A DNA stretch of 61,445 bases, the filler included, from Basidiobolus meristosporus CBS 931.73 (lineage: Eukaryota > Fungi > Basidiobolomycota), in NCBI GenBank assembly GCA_002104905.1. It is 4 parts of 4 records of this genome, joined end to end, with 100 filler letters (N's around TTAATTAATTAA, not from the genome) between each part and the next. Parts side by side here need not be neighbours in the genome. Positions count along the whole stretch, not along the records: positions 53,551 to 61,445 come from MCFE01001345.1; 3 more parts are not named here. One strand, given 5' to 3'. The notes below the pieces were generated by a model. The model was not told the DNA's origin. It saw only the letters and a list, made by a program, of their open reading frames with translations, and searched no databases. Made by a program: the position numbers and the translations under genes. Shown here one piece after another: positions 61,380 through 61,445 of this stretch (positions within the stretch are counted from its first letter, which is position 1; every line of letters begins with the position of its first letter).

Positions 61380-61445
61380 TGGTGGAAAGGATGTGGCTAC
61401 AAAAGGAGGTGAAGGAGTTTCCGGAGGGATTGAACTCGAAAGGGA

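Overview
Eukaryotic, most likely fungal, DNA (inferred from a PHO80/Pcl-type cyclin and fungal-type transposon families). It is stitched from four contigs by artificial 100-bp N44-TTAATTAATTAA-N44 linkers, so adjacency across 21163-21262, 42563-42662 and 53451-53550 is unproven. About 85% of the window is a nest of transposable-element relics that have lost almost all CpG: Ty1/Copia, Ty3/Gypsy, LINE, CACTA/EnSpm, and a PIF/Harbinger-like transposase with its MITEs. The main structure is a CpG-retaining Pol III island: 11 intron-less tRNA genes in about 3 kb (17553-20519), plus a ~99% identical inverted 1.03-kb copy of part of it (11042-12074). Two different retroelements sit exactly at tRNA genes. 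A 3'-truncated APE-type LINE is flanked by a 31-bp duplication of the 5' half of tRNA-Asp. A complete Gypsy element (single open 1449-aa Gag-Pol) ends 9 bp upstream of tRNA-Leu and 100 bp upstream of tRNA-Trp, with no target-site duplication. CpG survival in both elements falls off with distance from the tRNA genes. Other points: long palindromic MITEs with flipped spacers, a young Copia with a half-tRNA primer site, speculative ncRNA candidates in the island (one telomerase-template-like), and a normal genic region from ~54250 with two predicted secreted proteins and a cyclin. All counts and alignments were done by eye; relic boundaries are approximate.
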